This document shows, one piece after another, positions 22,470-35,524 of a DNA stretch of 64,000 bases. The notes under the pieces were generated by a model, which made no database searches, was not told the DNA's origin, and was given only the letters and a program-made list of their open reading frames with translations. The translations under genes and the position numbers were made by a program. Every line of letters starts with the position of its first letter. Position 1 is the first letter of the stretch. The stretch is taken from the NCBI RefSeq assembly GCF_006345805.1, contig NC_042997.1, positions 201,190,001-201,254,000 on the forward strand, in the 5' to 3' direction. This stretch comes from Octopus sinensis. Its lineage: Eukaryota.

Positions 22470-24050
22470 TGAGGGTCTTCGTATCATTGGGTTTTGTTCG
22501 GTGCCTTTGTTGTCTTTGATAGCTCGATGCTAATACTGGATTTGCATATGACTTTATCAACCGTGCTACAACCATCAGCTTTATATGCAAAGGAAACTGA
22601 AGGCAAAGGCCAAGTTTGTAACGCTGGATACATTTCGTAGTATTTCTGATCTCATACAGTATCAACACATTTATGGAATTCCTTAAAGGAATGGCGACAT
22701 TTCTGTGACATATGACAGAAGGCCTTCAGCCATATGACTTTATAGAAATGATACTGATGGGATGTAGGAGATAAGATACAGGGTATGCCTTAAAAGAATG
22801 TAGACATACCTAGAAACTGTTTGGAATTCAGTCTTTTAAATGGTTTTAGAACCCAAAGTATATTAATATAAGGCACTGCAAATACAGAAACCCAAACCAA
22901 CAAGTAATTTTCATATTCTATGCATTTCTTTGATGTTAGCATGATACAATAATTTTTTGTAATATTTCACATGTGTGTGTATGTGTATGTGTGTGTGTCT
23001 GTTTGTACATGCGTGTGTGTGTGCATACATATAGACATATCTATCACACCACCCCGCACACACTAGCACTAACCACTTCCCAGCACCCACACAAGCGCAC
23101 ACACTAACACTGATACTTTCCCAGCACCTACACTATCATCCACAAACCTAAACATGCACACAAGCACACGTCAAGGTCACCGCCCCCTTCCACATGCACA
23201 TACGTGGTCTCACATACACACGCACATGCACCTTCGTTTGGGGATCACCACTACTTTATTATCTCCCCTACTTCCTAGCTCCCCCGTGTGACCCCTCTGT
23301 CTGGCATTCACCATGATTGATCACTACCCACTAAACTTTTTCTGTTTTCACTCCCTGTTTATTTCTATGTTCCTTTCTGTCGAAGAGTGTAGGCTTGATA
23401 CTTAAAAGACTTTCTCACTTCCTGAGCGTTAAACTAATACATCTGTTTGTTGTTTACACACCTGTCTTCACCTTTTGTTTTTTTGTAAACTCTCACTATA
23501 CATATATGTTGTTTTTTATAAGTGAGGTTCAAAATTCACAGCAGCTGCTTCGGCAGCATATTGTTGATACATTCTTAGATTACAGCATAACAAAAATCTG
23601 CCATCTTCAGGTGATGTTAAACAAACAAACAAAAGATAAAAGTTAACTAAAATAGATCTTTTCCGACTTCTTTAGAGTTGCTATTGAATCAGTTTTGGTT
23701 TATGGTTTGATACTACGGACATGTTTAGTTCCTGTAAAGAAAACTCTAAATGGCTCAAGTAACATCAGAATACTCTGAGGTGTTCCAAATATCTTGTGCC
23801 ATCAACACATGACTAACAAAGATTTATACCAAGACATCCCATATATCACGGAGAAAATACAAAATCACAGGCTGAGATTTATGGGTCACAAATTCTTCTG
23901 TGGTAACCTTCTCATGGTAAACAGGGAAGAGGTAGACCAGCAACCCAGTTGCTTAGAAGACAGTGGATGCAATATCCAAGAGTTTTGAAAGGCTATGGAT
24001 GACAGTAAGGAATGGTAGATGTGACAGGAAGGCTGAGAAATTCTTCATTT
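22470..24050 (+). pseudogene. Highly decayed RTE-clade RT ORF in two pieces (22470-22800, 23650-24050), split by a Penelope-type insertion
   Basis: FVTLDTFRSISD...IYGIP resembles RTE FVDFxKAFDSI...YGIP. FRVAIESVLVYG...HMTNKDLY...RLRFMGH resembles the RTE C-terminal region. Confidence 0.55.
23040..23505 (+). mobile_element. Penelope-type repeat P1 with upstream CA-rich segment
   Basis: 23265-23500 aligns to 37358-37600. The core reads CTGTCGA. Confidence 0.6.
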
Positions 24051-24069
24051 GCTAACACTAACTAAATAA

Positions 24070-24274
24070 TCTTTTCTACTCTAGGCACAAAGAACCAAAA
24101 TTTTTGGGGGAGGGGACCAGTCAATTAGATTGACTCCAGTATGCAACTGGCACTTTCTATCGGCCCTGAAAGGATGAAAGGCAAAGTCAACCTCAGCGGA
24201 ATTTGAACTCAGGACGTTAAATACCACTAAGCATTTCGCCCAGCGTGCTAACGTTTCTGTTAGCTCACCGCCTT
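24070..24274 (-). mobile_element. Family-1 SINE (tail B)
   Basis: Reverse complement of the consensus. Confidence 0.9.
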
Positions 24275-25034
24275 ACACTAACTAAATGATACTAATTAAC
24301 TAACTTAATTATTGTTTTAATGCAGATATGTGCCAGTAATTTCACCTTCTGATTTATTATTTTCTTTTATGAAAATAAAACATTTGTGGCAGCCATGTAT
24401 CTCCTCCAGAGCAAGACACTTGTTTTCAGTCCTTCTCTTTTGCTTTCCCAGCACAAAGCCACTTCCCTCAATACAGCATCTTCAATTTGTTGAAGAGGGT
24501 TTTCTTGTGAATTACGTGGAGACTCCACTAGAATCAGTACAACAACAAAAAAAAAAAAACCGGCACCCAGTACACTCTGCAAAGTGGTTGGCATTAGGAA
24601 GGGTATCTAGCTGAAGAAACTTTGTCAAAGCAAGCACTTGAAACGAATGCAGTGTTTAGGCTAGTTGGACCCTGTAACACCATCCAGTTTGTGCCTCGGG
24701 GAACATGCTCAAATAATGATGATGACAACAATGATAATGATGATGATGACGAGGAAATTCTTAGTAGGTTTCTAGTCTTCTTCCTAAGAGTCCTCATCAA
24801 TATGTATAGCCAACAGCAGTGATCAACATTATCAGAGAGGAACAGATAATGCAAAATTAAATTCTTCTTAATATATAAGCTGGGGATTATATGTATGTAT
24901 GTATGTATGTGTGTCTGTATGTATGTATGTATAAATGTATGCCTGTACGTATGTCTGAGAGAATATATATATATATATATATATATATTTACTCTCAGAC
25001 ATACATACATACATACATACATACATACATTTAT

Positions 25035-25574
25035 TTATGTATAAATAGCTTGCTTACCAACCACATGGTTCTGGGTTCATTCCCACTGCACCTTGGCACA
25101 TTGGGCAAGTGTCTTCTACTATATCCACGGGCCCACAAAACCTTGTGAGTGGATTTGGTTGACAGAAACTGAAAGAAGGCCATCGTATATATGTATATAT
25201 ATACATATATATATATATATATAAAAAGGGTAAAGACCCCCTTCGGTCATGAGTGACCATGGGTTTGCACCTAGAGAGTTACCCTCTGAGGCACAAGTCT
25301 GGGCAAGGTTATTTTATGGAAGACCAGCAGTTGCCCATGCATACCACCTCCCCTCTCCACGTCACGATGTTGTCCAAGAGAAAGGTAAAGGGCTGATACA
25401 GCTTGGCACCTGTGACGTCGCAACTCATTTCTACAGCTGAGTGAACTGGAGCAACGTGAAATAAAGTGTCTTGCTCAAGAACACAACACGCAGCCCGGTC
25501 CGGGATTCGAGCTCACAACCTCACGATCGTAAGCTCGACGCTCAACCACTGAGCCATGCGCCTTCACTATATAT

Positions 25575-25614
<40 letters not shown>

Positions 25615-25849
25615 GATGTATGTGTTTGTGTATGTTTGTATGTCTGTGTTTGTCCCCCTTAACATCGCTTGACAACCGATGGTGGTCTGTTTACTTTCCT
25701 GTAACTTAGCAGTTTGGCAAAAGATACTGATAGAATAAGTACTAGACTTACAAAGAATAGGTCCTGTGGTTGATTTGCTCGACTAAAGGCGTTGCTCCAG
25801 CATGGCTGAAGTCAAATGACAGAAACAACTAAAAGAGTAAAAGAGTAAG

Positions 25850-25850
<1 letters not shown>
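25035..25850. mobile_element. Family-2 SINE (+) interrupted by an H5-head SINE (minus strand, 25215-25567, tail T2)
   Basis: 5' half at 25035-25190 and 3' half at 25620-25850, with the inner SINE inserted in the TA-rich middle. Confidence 0.8.
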
Positions 25851-25880
<30 letters not shown>

Positions 25881-25948
25881 GATAAATAGATATAGATAGA
25901 TATATATGTATATATATGCATGCAGATATATATATATATATATATATA

Positions 25949-25980
<32 letters not shown>

Positions 25981-26100
25981 GTATATATATATACATACAT
26001 AAATACATATATACATGTGTATGTATACTGTATATTAACATGTATGCATGTGCATACACACATGCACACACAAACATACACACACACACACAGATACACA
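25850..26100. repeat. (TA)n/(CA)n microsatellite
   Basis: Directly visible. Confidence 0.95.
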
Positions 26101-26411
26101 TATCCCTTTTCACATTACACGGAATACCTCTCAGAAAAACTGAGAACTCTCGAAATAGATTATTTGTCTGTCGTTGTGAAGGAAAAAAAAAAACCTATCA
26201 ATAAATGAAGAGGTGGTGGCACCCTCTGACTAAATGCTACAAAATATTATTCTCCCTAAAAAGCATAATGAATTTATTAACTGCAAGCATCTATCTTGAT
26301 GGCACCAACATTCCTAATTTCTCATGAGGTCAAGACCCTTGGTATTATTTATATTCGATAAATACATGACCTTTAACCAATATATAAATTCAGGTGATCA
26401 ATCATTTACCA

Positions 26412-26437
26412 AAAATAATAATAATAACAATAATAAC

Positions 26438-26502
<65 letters not shown>

Positions 26503-26512
26503 TGATAATATG
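26412..26512. repeat. (AAT)n microsatellite
   Basis: Directly visible. Confidence 0.97.
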
Positions 26513-26644
26513 ATAGAATAAGAAACCAAAGGGACATGAAAAGAGGAAAAATTTTCTCCTTTTATTTTTTGAATAGGCCAAAATTCTCATTAATTATATC
26601 ATCACTTCTGAAGTTGACTAATGCATTCCACACTTCTTCTCTTT

Positions 26645-26744
26645 NNNNNNNNNNNNNNNNNNNNNNNNNNNNNNNNNNNNNNNNNNNNNNNNNNNNNNNN
26701 NNNNNNNNNNNNNNNNNNNNNNNNNNNNNNNNNNNNNNNNNNNN
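26645..26744. other. Scaffold gap (100 N), followed by (GAT)n(GGT)n
   Basis: Run of exactly 100 n. Confidence 0.99.
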
Positions 26745-26782
26745 ATGATGATGATGATGATGATAATGATGATGGTGATGAA

Positions 26783-26817
<35 letters not shown>

Positions 26818-27149
26818 CGATGATGGTGGTGGTGGTGGTGGTGGTGGTGGTGGTGGGTGTTGAGGATGATCTAGCCTAAGTCTACAACATTTTATAATCA
26901 ATTATTGAAAAGTACCCAAATCTTAAAACAGCAACAACAACAACTTCAGCAACAAGTAAACGTGTTGTGCACAAATAAAGTATTAAAAATTCTTCTATTT
27001 CTCTGTTTTTCTGTATTTTTCAGTCTATAATTTAATATTTTCTAATATTTTATTTTAAGTGAACAGGAAAATAAGAAGTTTTTTAGCACAAAATTTTATT
27101 AAAGAAACACCACTTCAAATTTTTTTTCCAAATATAGATGCATGTATTT

Positions 27150-27414
27150 GTGTGTGCTTGTGTGTGTGTGTGTGTATGTGTGCTTGTGTGTGTGTGTGCG
27201 TGTATGCGTGTATGGTTGTAAAGATGTTTCAAGTGCATCTCGTGCATTTTGAAAAATGTTTGTGTTCATATATGTATGTGTGTGTATGTATGTGTGTGTG
27301 TGCATATGCGTGTGTATGCGTATGTGTGTGTGAGCGTGTGTATGTATATATATATATGTGTGGTGTATGTATGTATATAACTATATATATATGTATATGT
27401 TTGTAAGCATATAA

Positions 27415-27488
<74 letters not shown>

Positions 27489-27489
27489 G

Positions 27490-27543
<54 letters not shown>

Positions 27544-27590
27544 TAATATATATTATATATATATACACATATATATATACATTCACACCA
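27150..27590. repeat. (GT)n/(TA)n microsatellite
   Basis: Directly visible. Confidence 0.95.
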
Positions 27591-27739
27591 CACATTTATA
27601 AAAGTATATATATTGATTGAATTTCTGTAGACTTCCCTGCCATAAGCTTTTTCGACCATTAGCTCTATACATCAACAGTCACAAATTAATTTGTTTCAGG
27701 GTCATATTTTTTACAGTTAGAATTTTATGTCTGTATCCA

Positions 27740-28050
27740 AGTGCTAATCTTTGATTTGCGTATTGTTTGCATGTTCAGTTTGGCATTGTATTCTAATATG
27801 AATGGCTTCCATAATTAATCTTCTATTTCTTGTGGGAAATTTTAATAAAATATTAAAAGTCCCCACAAGAAATAGAAGATTAATTAGTTTTAATAAAATA
27901 TGTAAGTGTTCACCTCTAGGTATTTCTCTAATTTTCTTTAGTGGTGTTTGATGTAAAGTTATGCAATAGATCCTTGTTCTAAGTGCTTGATAAATCCCCA
28001 ACAGAGTGTTCAACTAGTTTGTCCAATGTAATAGTTAGAGTCCTGAAGTT
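27740..28050 (-). pseudogene. Penelope-like GIY-YIG endonuclease remnant
   Basis: Minus strand reads NYYIGQTS*TL...KH...GSI, then RRLIMEAIHI. Confidence 0.6.
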
Positions 28051-28161
28051 TGCAACTTTCAAATTTATAATTTAGGCATAAGCGTGGCTGTGTGGTACGA
28101 TGATTGCCTTATCACCACATGATTCCAGATTCGGTTCCACTGCATGACATTTTGTCTTCTA

Positions 28162-29452
28162 TTAGGTTGTTAAGAAAGTTCTTGCGGTTTTTAACCTTTA
28201 AATTCAGATGCACATATCTTGGCTCAAACAAAACTTTATTAATCGAAATAAACACCATCAGAATCAACACACTTTTACCAACGTGAAACAAGTTTATTTA
28301 TGCCAGTAGCGTATAAATCATGTGTTTTGGTGTCAATGAAGTCGTTGAAGGCGTGTTTGGCATCGTTCTGGTTTTTGAGGCATTTTTCACACAGGAAGTT
28401 GTCGAGGTGCTTGAAAAAGTGATAATCGGTAGGTGAGAGCTCTGGTGAGTATGGCAGATGAGGCAGAGTTTCATAGCCCAATTCGTTTAACTTCTGCAGG
28501 TTCAGTTGTGTGACGTGCGGCCGAGCATTGGCATGGAGAAAAATTGGTCCTTTTCTATTGACCAATGCTGGCTGTTGTTGTCACAGTTTCTCATGCATTT
28601 CATCCATTTGCTGACAGAATTTCTCCGCCGTAATGATTTCACCTGGATCCAAAAAGCTGTGATGGATGAGAACGGCTGCAGACCACCAAACAGTCACCAT
28701 GACCTTCTTTTGGTGCAACTTTGGCTTCGGAAGTGCCGTGGAGATTCGGCGGCGTCCAACCACTGAGCTGAGCGTCGCCGGTTGTCGTAAAGAATCCACT
28801 TTTCTTCGCAAATCACAATCCAGTTGAGAAACGGGTCGTTCTTGTCGCGTAAAAGAAAGGAAGACGACATTTCAAAACAGCATTTTTTTGGTGGGGTTGT
28901 CGTTCAATTCGTGCGACACCCATTCCTCAAGTATTTTTGATTTTCCAATTTCTTTCAAGTGGTTGGAAATTATCGTATTCATTACGTCTAATTCAGAAGC
29001 AAGCTCTCAAACAGTTGTGCGTGGATTGGCTTCAACTCAGGCTCTTAGTTGATCGTTGTCAACCTCCGATGGCCGACCACTACGCTTATCATCTTCAAGA
29101 CTCTTGTCACCACTACGAAATTTCTTGAACCACTATTGTGCTGTACGTTTATTAGTGGTTCTTAGGTCAAATGCATCGTTGATATCGCGAGCTCTTTCAG
29201 AAGCTTTTCGGCCTAGCTTGAACTGGAACAAGAAAATTGTGCGAATTTGCTTTTGTCCACGTTGTATTCAACGTTCTGGAAAAAAATGGCCTAATTATTC
29301 AAAAATAAAAAAGAGTAGCAGGATTAGATAGAGCGAAAAACGGGCTTTAAAATGATATATAAAGGCAAAGAAATTTAATGAGAATTAATTTGAAAATACA
29401 TAATTTAAAACGAAAATTAAAAATTCCACAAGAACTTTTTTTGACGACCTAA
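28162..29452 (-). mobile_element. Full-length (1291 bp) decayed mariner, Hsmar1/cecropia-like, inserted at TA inside a family-2 SINE
   Basis: TIRs ttaggttgttaagaaagttcttg and caagaactttttttgacgacctaa, with TA on both sides. Transposase pseudogene ~29260-28239 reads DKKQIRTIFLFQFKLG...HQKKVMVTVWW...LHANARPH...PYSPELSPTDYHFF. Confidence 0.95.
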
Positions 29453-29520
29453 TACTAAGCTTTGGGCTGACCCAAGACTTGTGAGTGGATTTGGTAGATG
29501 GGAACTAAAAGAAGCTCATT

Positions 29521-30021
29521 GTCTCCTTTGTTAGTCATTAGAAGAATACTCTCACATGGCTAAAAGTTGTTTGACTCTTATTTTTAGCAACACTGATGCT
29601 GATAAGCACCCTCCGTCACTTTAGTGAAGACTATACTTATTGCCTTTTGGTTGTAAATTGTGAATAGCTACCTTAATAATTAATAGTTCTCACTTCACCA
29701 TTTTCGGAACCAGTCAATGTTTCCTATGGTGTTTTCTATAAGACTGACAAGGTGAGTTAAGTTCTTTAACCCTTGGCAACATAGTAATGACTCACTGATG
29801 AAGAGTAATCACCTCTGAAATCAGTGGTGATATGATTCCACCTAGCTTGCCATAGAGAGTCTGTCTCCCCTGTTAATCATTAGAAAAGTGCTCTCATGTG
29901 ACTAAGAGTTGTTTTGCTTCTTATTTCTAGCAATGCTGCTACTGACTAGCACCTTACGTAGCTTTAATGACGTTACTTGTTGCCTTTCGGTTGTAAATTG
30001 CGAATAACCACCTTAATAATT
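29521..30021 (+). repeat. ~1.5 copies of a 342-bp unit with a hammerhead-like motif (retrozyme-like)
   Basis: 29521-29681 repeats at 29863-30021. CTGATGA-AGAG-taatcac-CTCT-GAAA at 29795-29820. Confidence 0.6.
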
Positions 30022-30200
30022 TGTAATATATATATATGTGTGGTGTGTGTTTGTGTGTGTGTATGTATGTATGTATGTATGTATGTATGTATGTATGTAT
30101 GTATGTATGTATGTATGTATGTAGTATGTATGTATAGTTGAAATTACAGAAAAACAAAAGACGAAGACAGGTGTATGAACAACAAGCAGGTATATATATA

Positions 30201-30262
<62 letters not shown>

Positions 30263-30271
30263 TATATATAT

Positions 30272-30313
<42 letters not shown>

Positions 30314-31035
30314 CAAGAAAAAAGCAACAAGAATGGATTAGTTGTTCAGTACAATGTTTCATACGAAGAACAGCTTTATAAAGCTGCAAATATTGCAGCA
30401 AATATAAGTGTCCCGTATTCATCAGCCAAAACACACATGAGTTTTCAAAAGAGAGCAAAGTTAGATTGTAAGCAGATTTCAAAAGTTCTGTAATGATGCA
30501 CAGTTTTATAAAAGGTTTTTAAAAAAGTTTGTTAGCTTCACAGAAAAGGTCAATCCATCCATAATAATGCAGGTGTAATTTCCGGAGATATGAGGAGATA
30601 TTTCATACTCAGAGACGAGGAATTTGTCCATAATAATGTAGATGCAATTTCCTGATATATGAGAAGATGCTGATCACACTTCTGTTCATTTCACAAAACT
30701 ACTATGTTAGAAGAAGAGATTGACTATATTGGCTAACAGGAGTCAGTGAAGCAGAAACCTACCAAATAAGGGCATTATTAAAAACCTTTTATAAAACTGT
30801 GCATCATTAGAGAACTTTTGAAGTCTGCTTACAATCTAACTTTGCTTTTTATAGAACTCTCTTCAATACTTCATGAGTGTAGCCTCACCCCCTAAGATGT
30901 TTGGAAAACTCATATGTGTTTTGGCTGATGAATACCGGACACTTATATTTGCTGCAATTTTTGCAGCTTTTAATAAAGCTGTTCTTCGTATGAAACAATT
31001 GTACTGAACAACTAATCCATTCTGTTGCTTTTCTG
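30314..31035. mobile_element. ~720-bp foldback/MITE with ~210-bp terminal inverted repeats
   Basis: 30314-30525 is the reverse complement of ~30780-31035, with a ~50-bp indel on the right arm. Confidence 0.85.
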
Positions 31036-31189
31036 TTTATAATCACCCCACATTATTTTATGGTTAATACCAATAGAGTTCTGGTGGCATCTAAGTTAAG
31101 TACCGCATTCATGTGAATTCATTGAAACTCACTTGAATCTTAATTGTTTTTTACTGTATATATATATATATATTAACATATATATATAT

Positions 31190-31335
31190 ATAGTTGAATT
31201 TTATAGAAAAACAAAAGACGAAGACAGGTGTAGGAACAACAAGCAAGTATATCAGGAAGGTGAGAAAGTCTTTTACGTTTCGAACTTATACTCTTCAAAA
31301 GAAGGGAACACAAAGAAATAAACAGAGAGAGAAAA
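31190..31335 (-). mobile_element. Penelope-type repeat P1 (partial copy also at 30135-30190)
   Basis: gacgaagacaggtg...gtcttttacgtttcga. Confidence 0.6.
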
Positions 31336-33354
31336 AAAAACTTGTGGATATATATATGCTTAACACACTTCAACACCGTAAAAAAAATTATATTTTTTTT
31401 AAATACCATAATAAAAAACATGAAAACCAGACCATGTTTTAACTTTATTCAGCTGATATATTATTCTATACACATTCAAACAAATTCGGAAAAAGAAATA
31501 TATATGTATATATACACTAGGGTAATGACTTTTATAAGTTTTTCTGAAATTGAACATGACCAGGGCGACTTGCTATGATAAATGATGATGAAACTGACTA
31601 GTGGTTCGTTTTTTAAAAAACTTTCAAAAACCTCCCCTACCAACTAATATTTCTATTTTCAAATGTGTCATACTTGCATTGCCTTAGTCAAATTCACATT
31701 ACATTTGGCATTAGTGCTTCTCACAATTTTATTAGATTAAAAGGAGTTTATGACAGAAGTTACTTCCTGGCCAAATGCCAATAAAGATATCTACAGTAGT
31801 AAAAGCTGTTTCATATCTTGAGGAGTATTATTTGTTTTTTTGAGACACTGCATGAATGTATTATTCTTTCTATTACAGATATTAAAATCTATTGCTTTAA
31901 TCAGTGAAATAAAAGCATCAATCGTGTCATTTAATCAATCAAATCAAACAGTTGCAGCAAACAAGAAAAAACTGGCAAAAACATCTAATTTTGGAAAGTC
32001 TGTTAAAAAGCGAAGAACAATACCGAACGTGGAACGTGGTACATGAGTTGGCTGAACTAACTAGAATCCCCAGAAAATCCAGTATCGTTGGAAGGTGTAA
32101 TGCATTGGCAAAAGTTAAAAATGCCAGACATGCAAGAAATCAACTCATTGCTCAGGAAGTAGAGATTCTATGGGAAAAATTTTGATTTTCCATGTATAAC
32201 GTTTAAGTCTATTGTAAGAAAAGTAAATACTCTGTTGACAGGGTACGATACCCATTTGAAGCGTCCAAAACCAGGTCAAAGTTTTGAAGATTTGTTTGGC
32301 ATTACTAATCAACATGGCAGCTGGTTATCTAAAGAAGATAAAGATATATACAGTACACAAATTCAAAGTGGCGGTGTAACTGGCTACACCGTCTCGGTTA
32401 GCTATGGTTCATCCTTCAAAGAGAACACCTTCCTCGTCAAGAGTGTCAGCTTCAACTTCACAAGCGTTTCTCCCAAATGCTGAAGCAGGTAAAGTAACGT
32501 GCCTAAAAAATTCTCAAATGTTACACAAATTTTTTTGTATGCATTGATGTCACTAATATGTACGCCACTTCTTGCAGATACATCATCATCATCATGAGAA
32601 ACCCCTACTTCTGATTCAGCAGATGAAATCACGTCACCAACAGACGAACAACTTGGCACCTCTAAACAACATCATTCAACTCAGAATGCAATGAACTTGC
32701 TGAAAAAAAAAAAGGATTTAAGCAGTCATAAAGCAGCCAACGTCTGCAAACAGGTGAGAGAGGAAAGAGTACTTCTCCCCGCTCTATCACAGCCAGGGAT
32801 GTACAAAGCTGCTATGAGAGAGGCTGCAAAGATGAAGTAGGAACTAAAAGAAACTGAAAAAATGACCAGTGGGTGCTCCATTTTGATAGGAAAGGTTATG
32901 AAGGGTAAAGAAAGACAAGTTGTTGTAGTGAAAAACAAAACACAAGAGAAATAAAATTAGCAGCACTAACTCTGAAGAATGGCAGAGCAGATACCATTTT
33001 TCAAGGACTAAAGGAAATTTTCGATGATTACGAATTGTGGCCAGCAATAAAAATGATCCTCACAGACACATGTAGTATAAATACAGGAAAGCGTATTGGA
33101 GTGGTCATTCAACTTCAGAACGAATTTATGAAGCGTGGATGTCCTGCACCTCAATACATTGGTTGCCAACATCGTGTGTTAGACCGCCTCCTAAAACATG
33201 AGATGGATGATACACTGAAAGAAAAAACTGCATTATCAAATATATCATATCCGTTCATAGACGATTTAATAAAAAAAACACGACGAGTATTTTGGTGGAA
33301 GGATGGAAACAAGGTCAAGCAAAACTTCAAATGAATGATAATCCAGGTTGAAGA

Positions 33355-33640
33355 GATCATCATCATCGTCGTTTAACGTCTGCTTTCCATGCTAGCATGG
33401 GTTGGACGATTTTGACTGAGGGCTGGCGAACCAGATGGCTGCACCATCCTTCAATCTTGATCTGGCAGAGTTTCTACAGCTGGATGCCTTTCCTAACGCC
33501 AACCACTCCGAGAGTGTAGTGGGTGCTTTTTACGTACCACCGGCACAGGGCCAGTCAGGTCGGTACTGGCAACGACCTCACTCGAATCTTTTTACACATG
33601 CCACCGGCACAGGTGCCAGTAAGGCGACGACCATAACTTT
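33355..33640 (-). mobile_element. RTE-type 3' end nested in the hAT-like element
   Basis: catcatcgtcgtttaacgtctgctttccatgc motif. Confidence 0.8.
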
Positions 33641-34160
33641 TTATTTGAACTTGGTCATGCTTTCCGATTATATCAGTAACAAACCATTTTCCCAGAAATC
33701 AAGTTTAGAAAACTTCCTAGACTTAGCAATGCACGTTGGAATTCATGAGCAATCTCAACCATCCTCACATACAGGCTTCTACCACAAAGTAGAGAAAAAC
33801 TCTATGACGTGTGTTGTTTTATCAGCAGAAACTGGATGGAAATGTGGTTTTGTGAGCAAAAGTTTGACAGCATGGCCTGCCAGAAACTTTCAGAAGCAGA
33901 TTCCGGATATACTAAAACAAGCGAATGCTTGAAAGTTAATTGGAATTTTGATAAATCAGTAATTCGAGATGTTCAGCGTTCAAACATATGTGCTGAACGT
34001 GCAGTAAAAATAATGGAGGAATTAAATTGCAGGTCTTCTGAAGAATCAAATCTGTGATTTGTTTTAACCAACAAAGATCTTTGAAAACTGCTGTTGTATT
34101 CGGCTGCACTTATTACATAAACAATGCATAAAAGTACGTCTTATTACTTGAACAATATAT

Positions 34161-34258
34161 GCATCATCATCATCATCATCATCATCATAATCATCATCAT
34201 CATCATCATCATTATCATCATCATCTTCATCATCATCATCATCATCTTCATCATCATT

Positions 34259-34323
<65 letters not shown>

Positions 34324-34393
34324 AATCATCATCATCATCATCATCATTATCATCATCATCTTCATCATCATCATCATCATCTTCATCATCATT

Positions 34394-34438
<45 letters not shown>

Positions 34439-34725
34439 GTTTAACTTCTGCTTTCCATGCTAGCATGGGTTGGACGATTTTGACTGAGGGCTGGAGAACC
34501 AGATGGATGCACCAGGCTCCAGTCTTGATCTGGCAGAGTTTCTATAGCTGGATGCCCTTCCTAACGCCAACCACTCCGTGAGTGTAGTGGGTGCTTTTTA
34601 CGTGTCACCGGCACGGGGACCAGGGGAGGCTGGTAAACGGCCACGATCGGTTGGTGCCTTTTACGTGTAACCGACACGGACACCAGTCAGGCGGCACTGG
34701 CATCGGCCACGTTCGGATGATGCTT
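34161..34725 (-). mobile_element. RTE-type 3' end with expanded (CAT)n tail (34161-34437), nested in the hAT-like element
   Basis: Same tail motif. The microsatellite has a 135-bp internal duplication. Confidence 0.8.
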
Positions 34726-34884
34726 GTCTGTAGTAAAAGTGTTGTCAAATGTATTGTCATTGGTGAGGTGGGGTGTCAAAGAAAGAAATGATTATGATTT
34801 TTTTCGTCGTTATACCATTAAGTTCCCCTTCTGGTACTCAACTTGAAAAAAGTCATTACCCTAAAGTTCACACACACGCACACT

Positions 34885-35285
34885 CTTTACTCTTTTACTC
34901 TTCTACTTGTTTCAGCCATTTGACTGTGGCCATGCTGGAGCATCGCCTTTAGTCGAGCAAATCGACCCCAGGACTTATTCTTTGTAAGCCTAGTATTTAT
35001 TATATCGGTCTCTTTTGCCAAAGCGCTAAGTTACGGGGACACAAACGCACCAGCATCGGTTGTCAAGCGATGTTGGGGCGACAAACACAGACACACACAC
35101 AAACATACATATACATATATACGACGAGCTTCTTTCAGTTTCCATCTACCAAATCTACTCACAAGGCTTCGGTCGGCCCGAGGCTATAGTAGAAGACACT
35201 TGCCCAAGGTGCTATACAGTGGGACTGAACCCGGAAGCATTTGGCTGGTAAGCAAGCCACTTACCACACAGCCACTCCTGCGCCT
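34885..35285 (-). mobile_element. Full-length family-2 SINE (second 3' half at 35320-35520)
   Basis: Reverse complement of 21007-21410. Confidence 0.9.
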
Positions 35286-35524
35286 ATATATATACACACA
35301 CGCACAAACTCACACACAAATGTACATTTTTGTGCCCGTATTTGTCCCCCATCGCTGCTCGACAACCGGTGTTGGTGTGTTTACATCCCTGTAACTTAGC
35401 GGTTCAGCAAAAGAGACCAAAAGAGTATCAGGCTCAAAAAAAGCTACTGAGATCGATTCATTCGACAAAAATTCCTTCAATGCACTGCCCCAGCATGACC
35501 ACAATCTAATGACTGAATCAAATT

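Larger units (their letters stand above)
31518..34863 (+). mobile_element. TIR-bounded hAT-like (hATm/CC8L18.2-type) DNA transposon with decayed transposase and two nested RTE-tail insertions
   Basis: TIRs tagggtaatgacttttataagtt (31518-31540) and aacttgaaaaaagtcattacccta (34840-34863). Peptide motifs ILTDTCSINTG, CQHRVLD, SNARWNS and NICAERAVKIME. Confidence 0.8.

Noticed and set aside
26602-26901. ORFs spanning the X run
   Set aside because: They cross the assembly gap and simple repeats.
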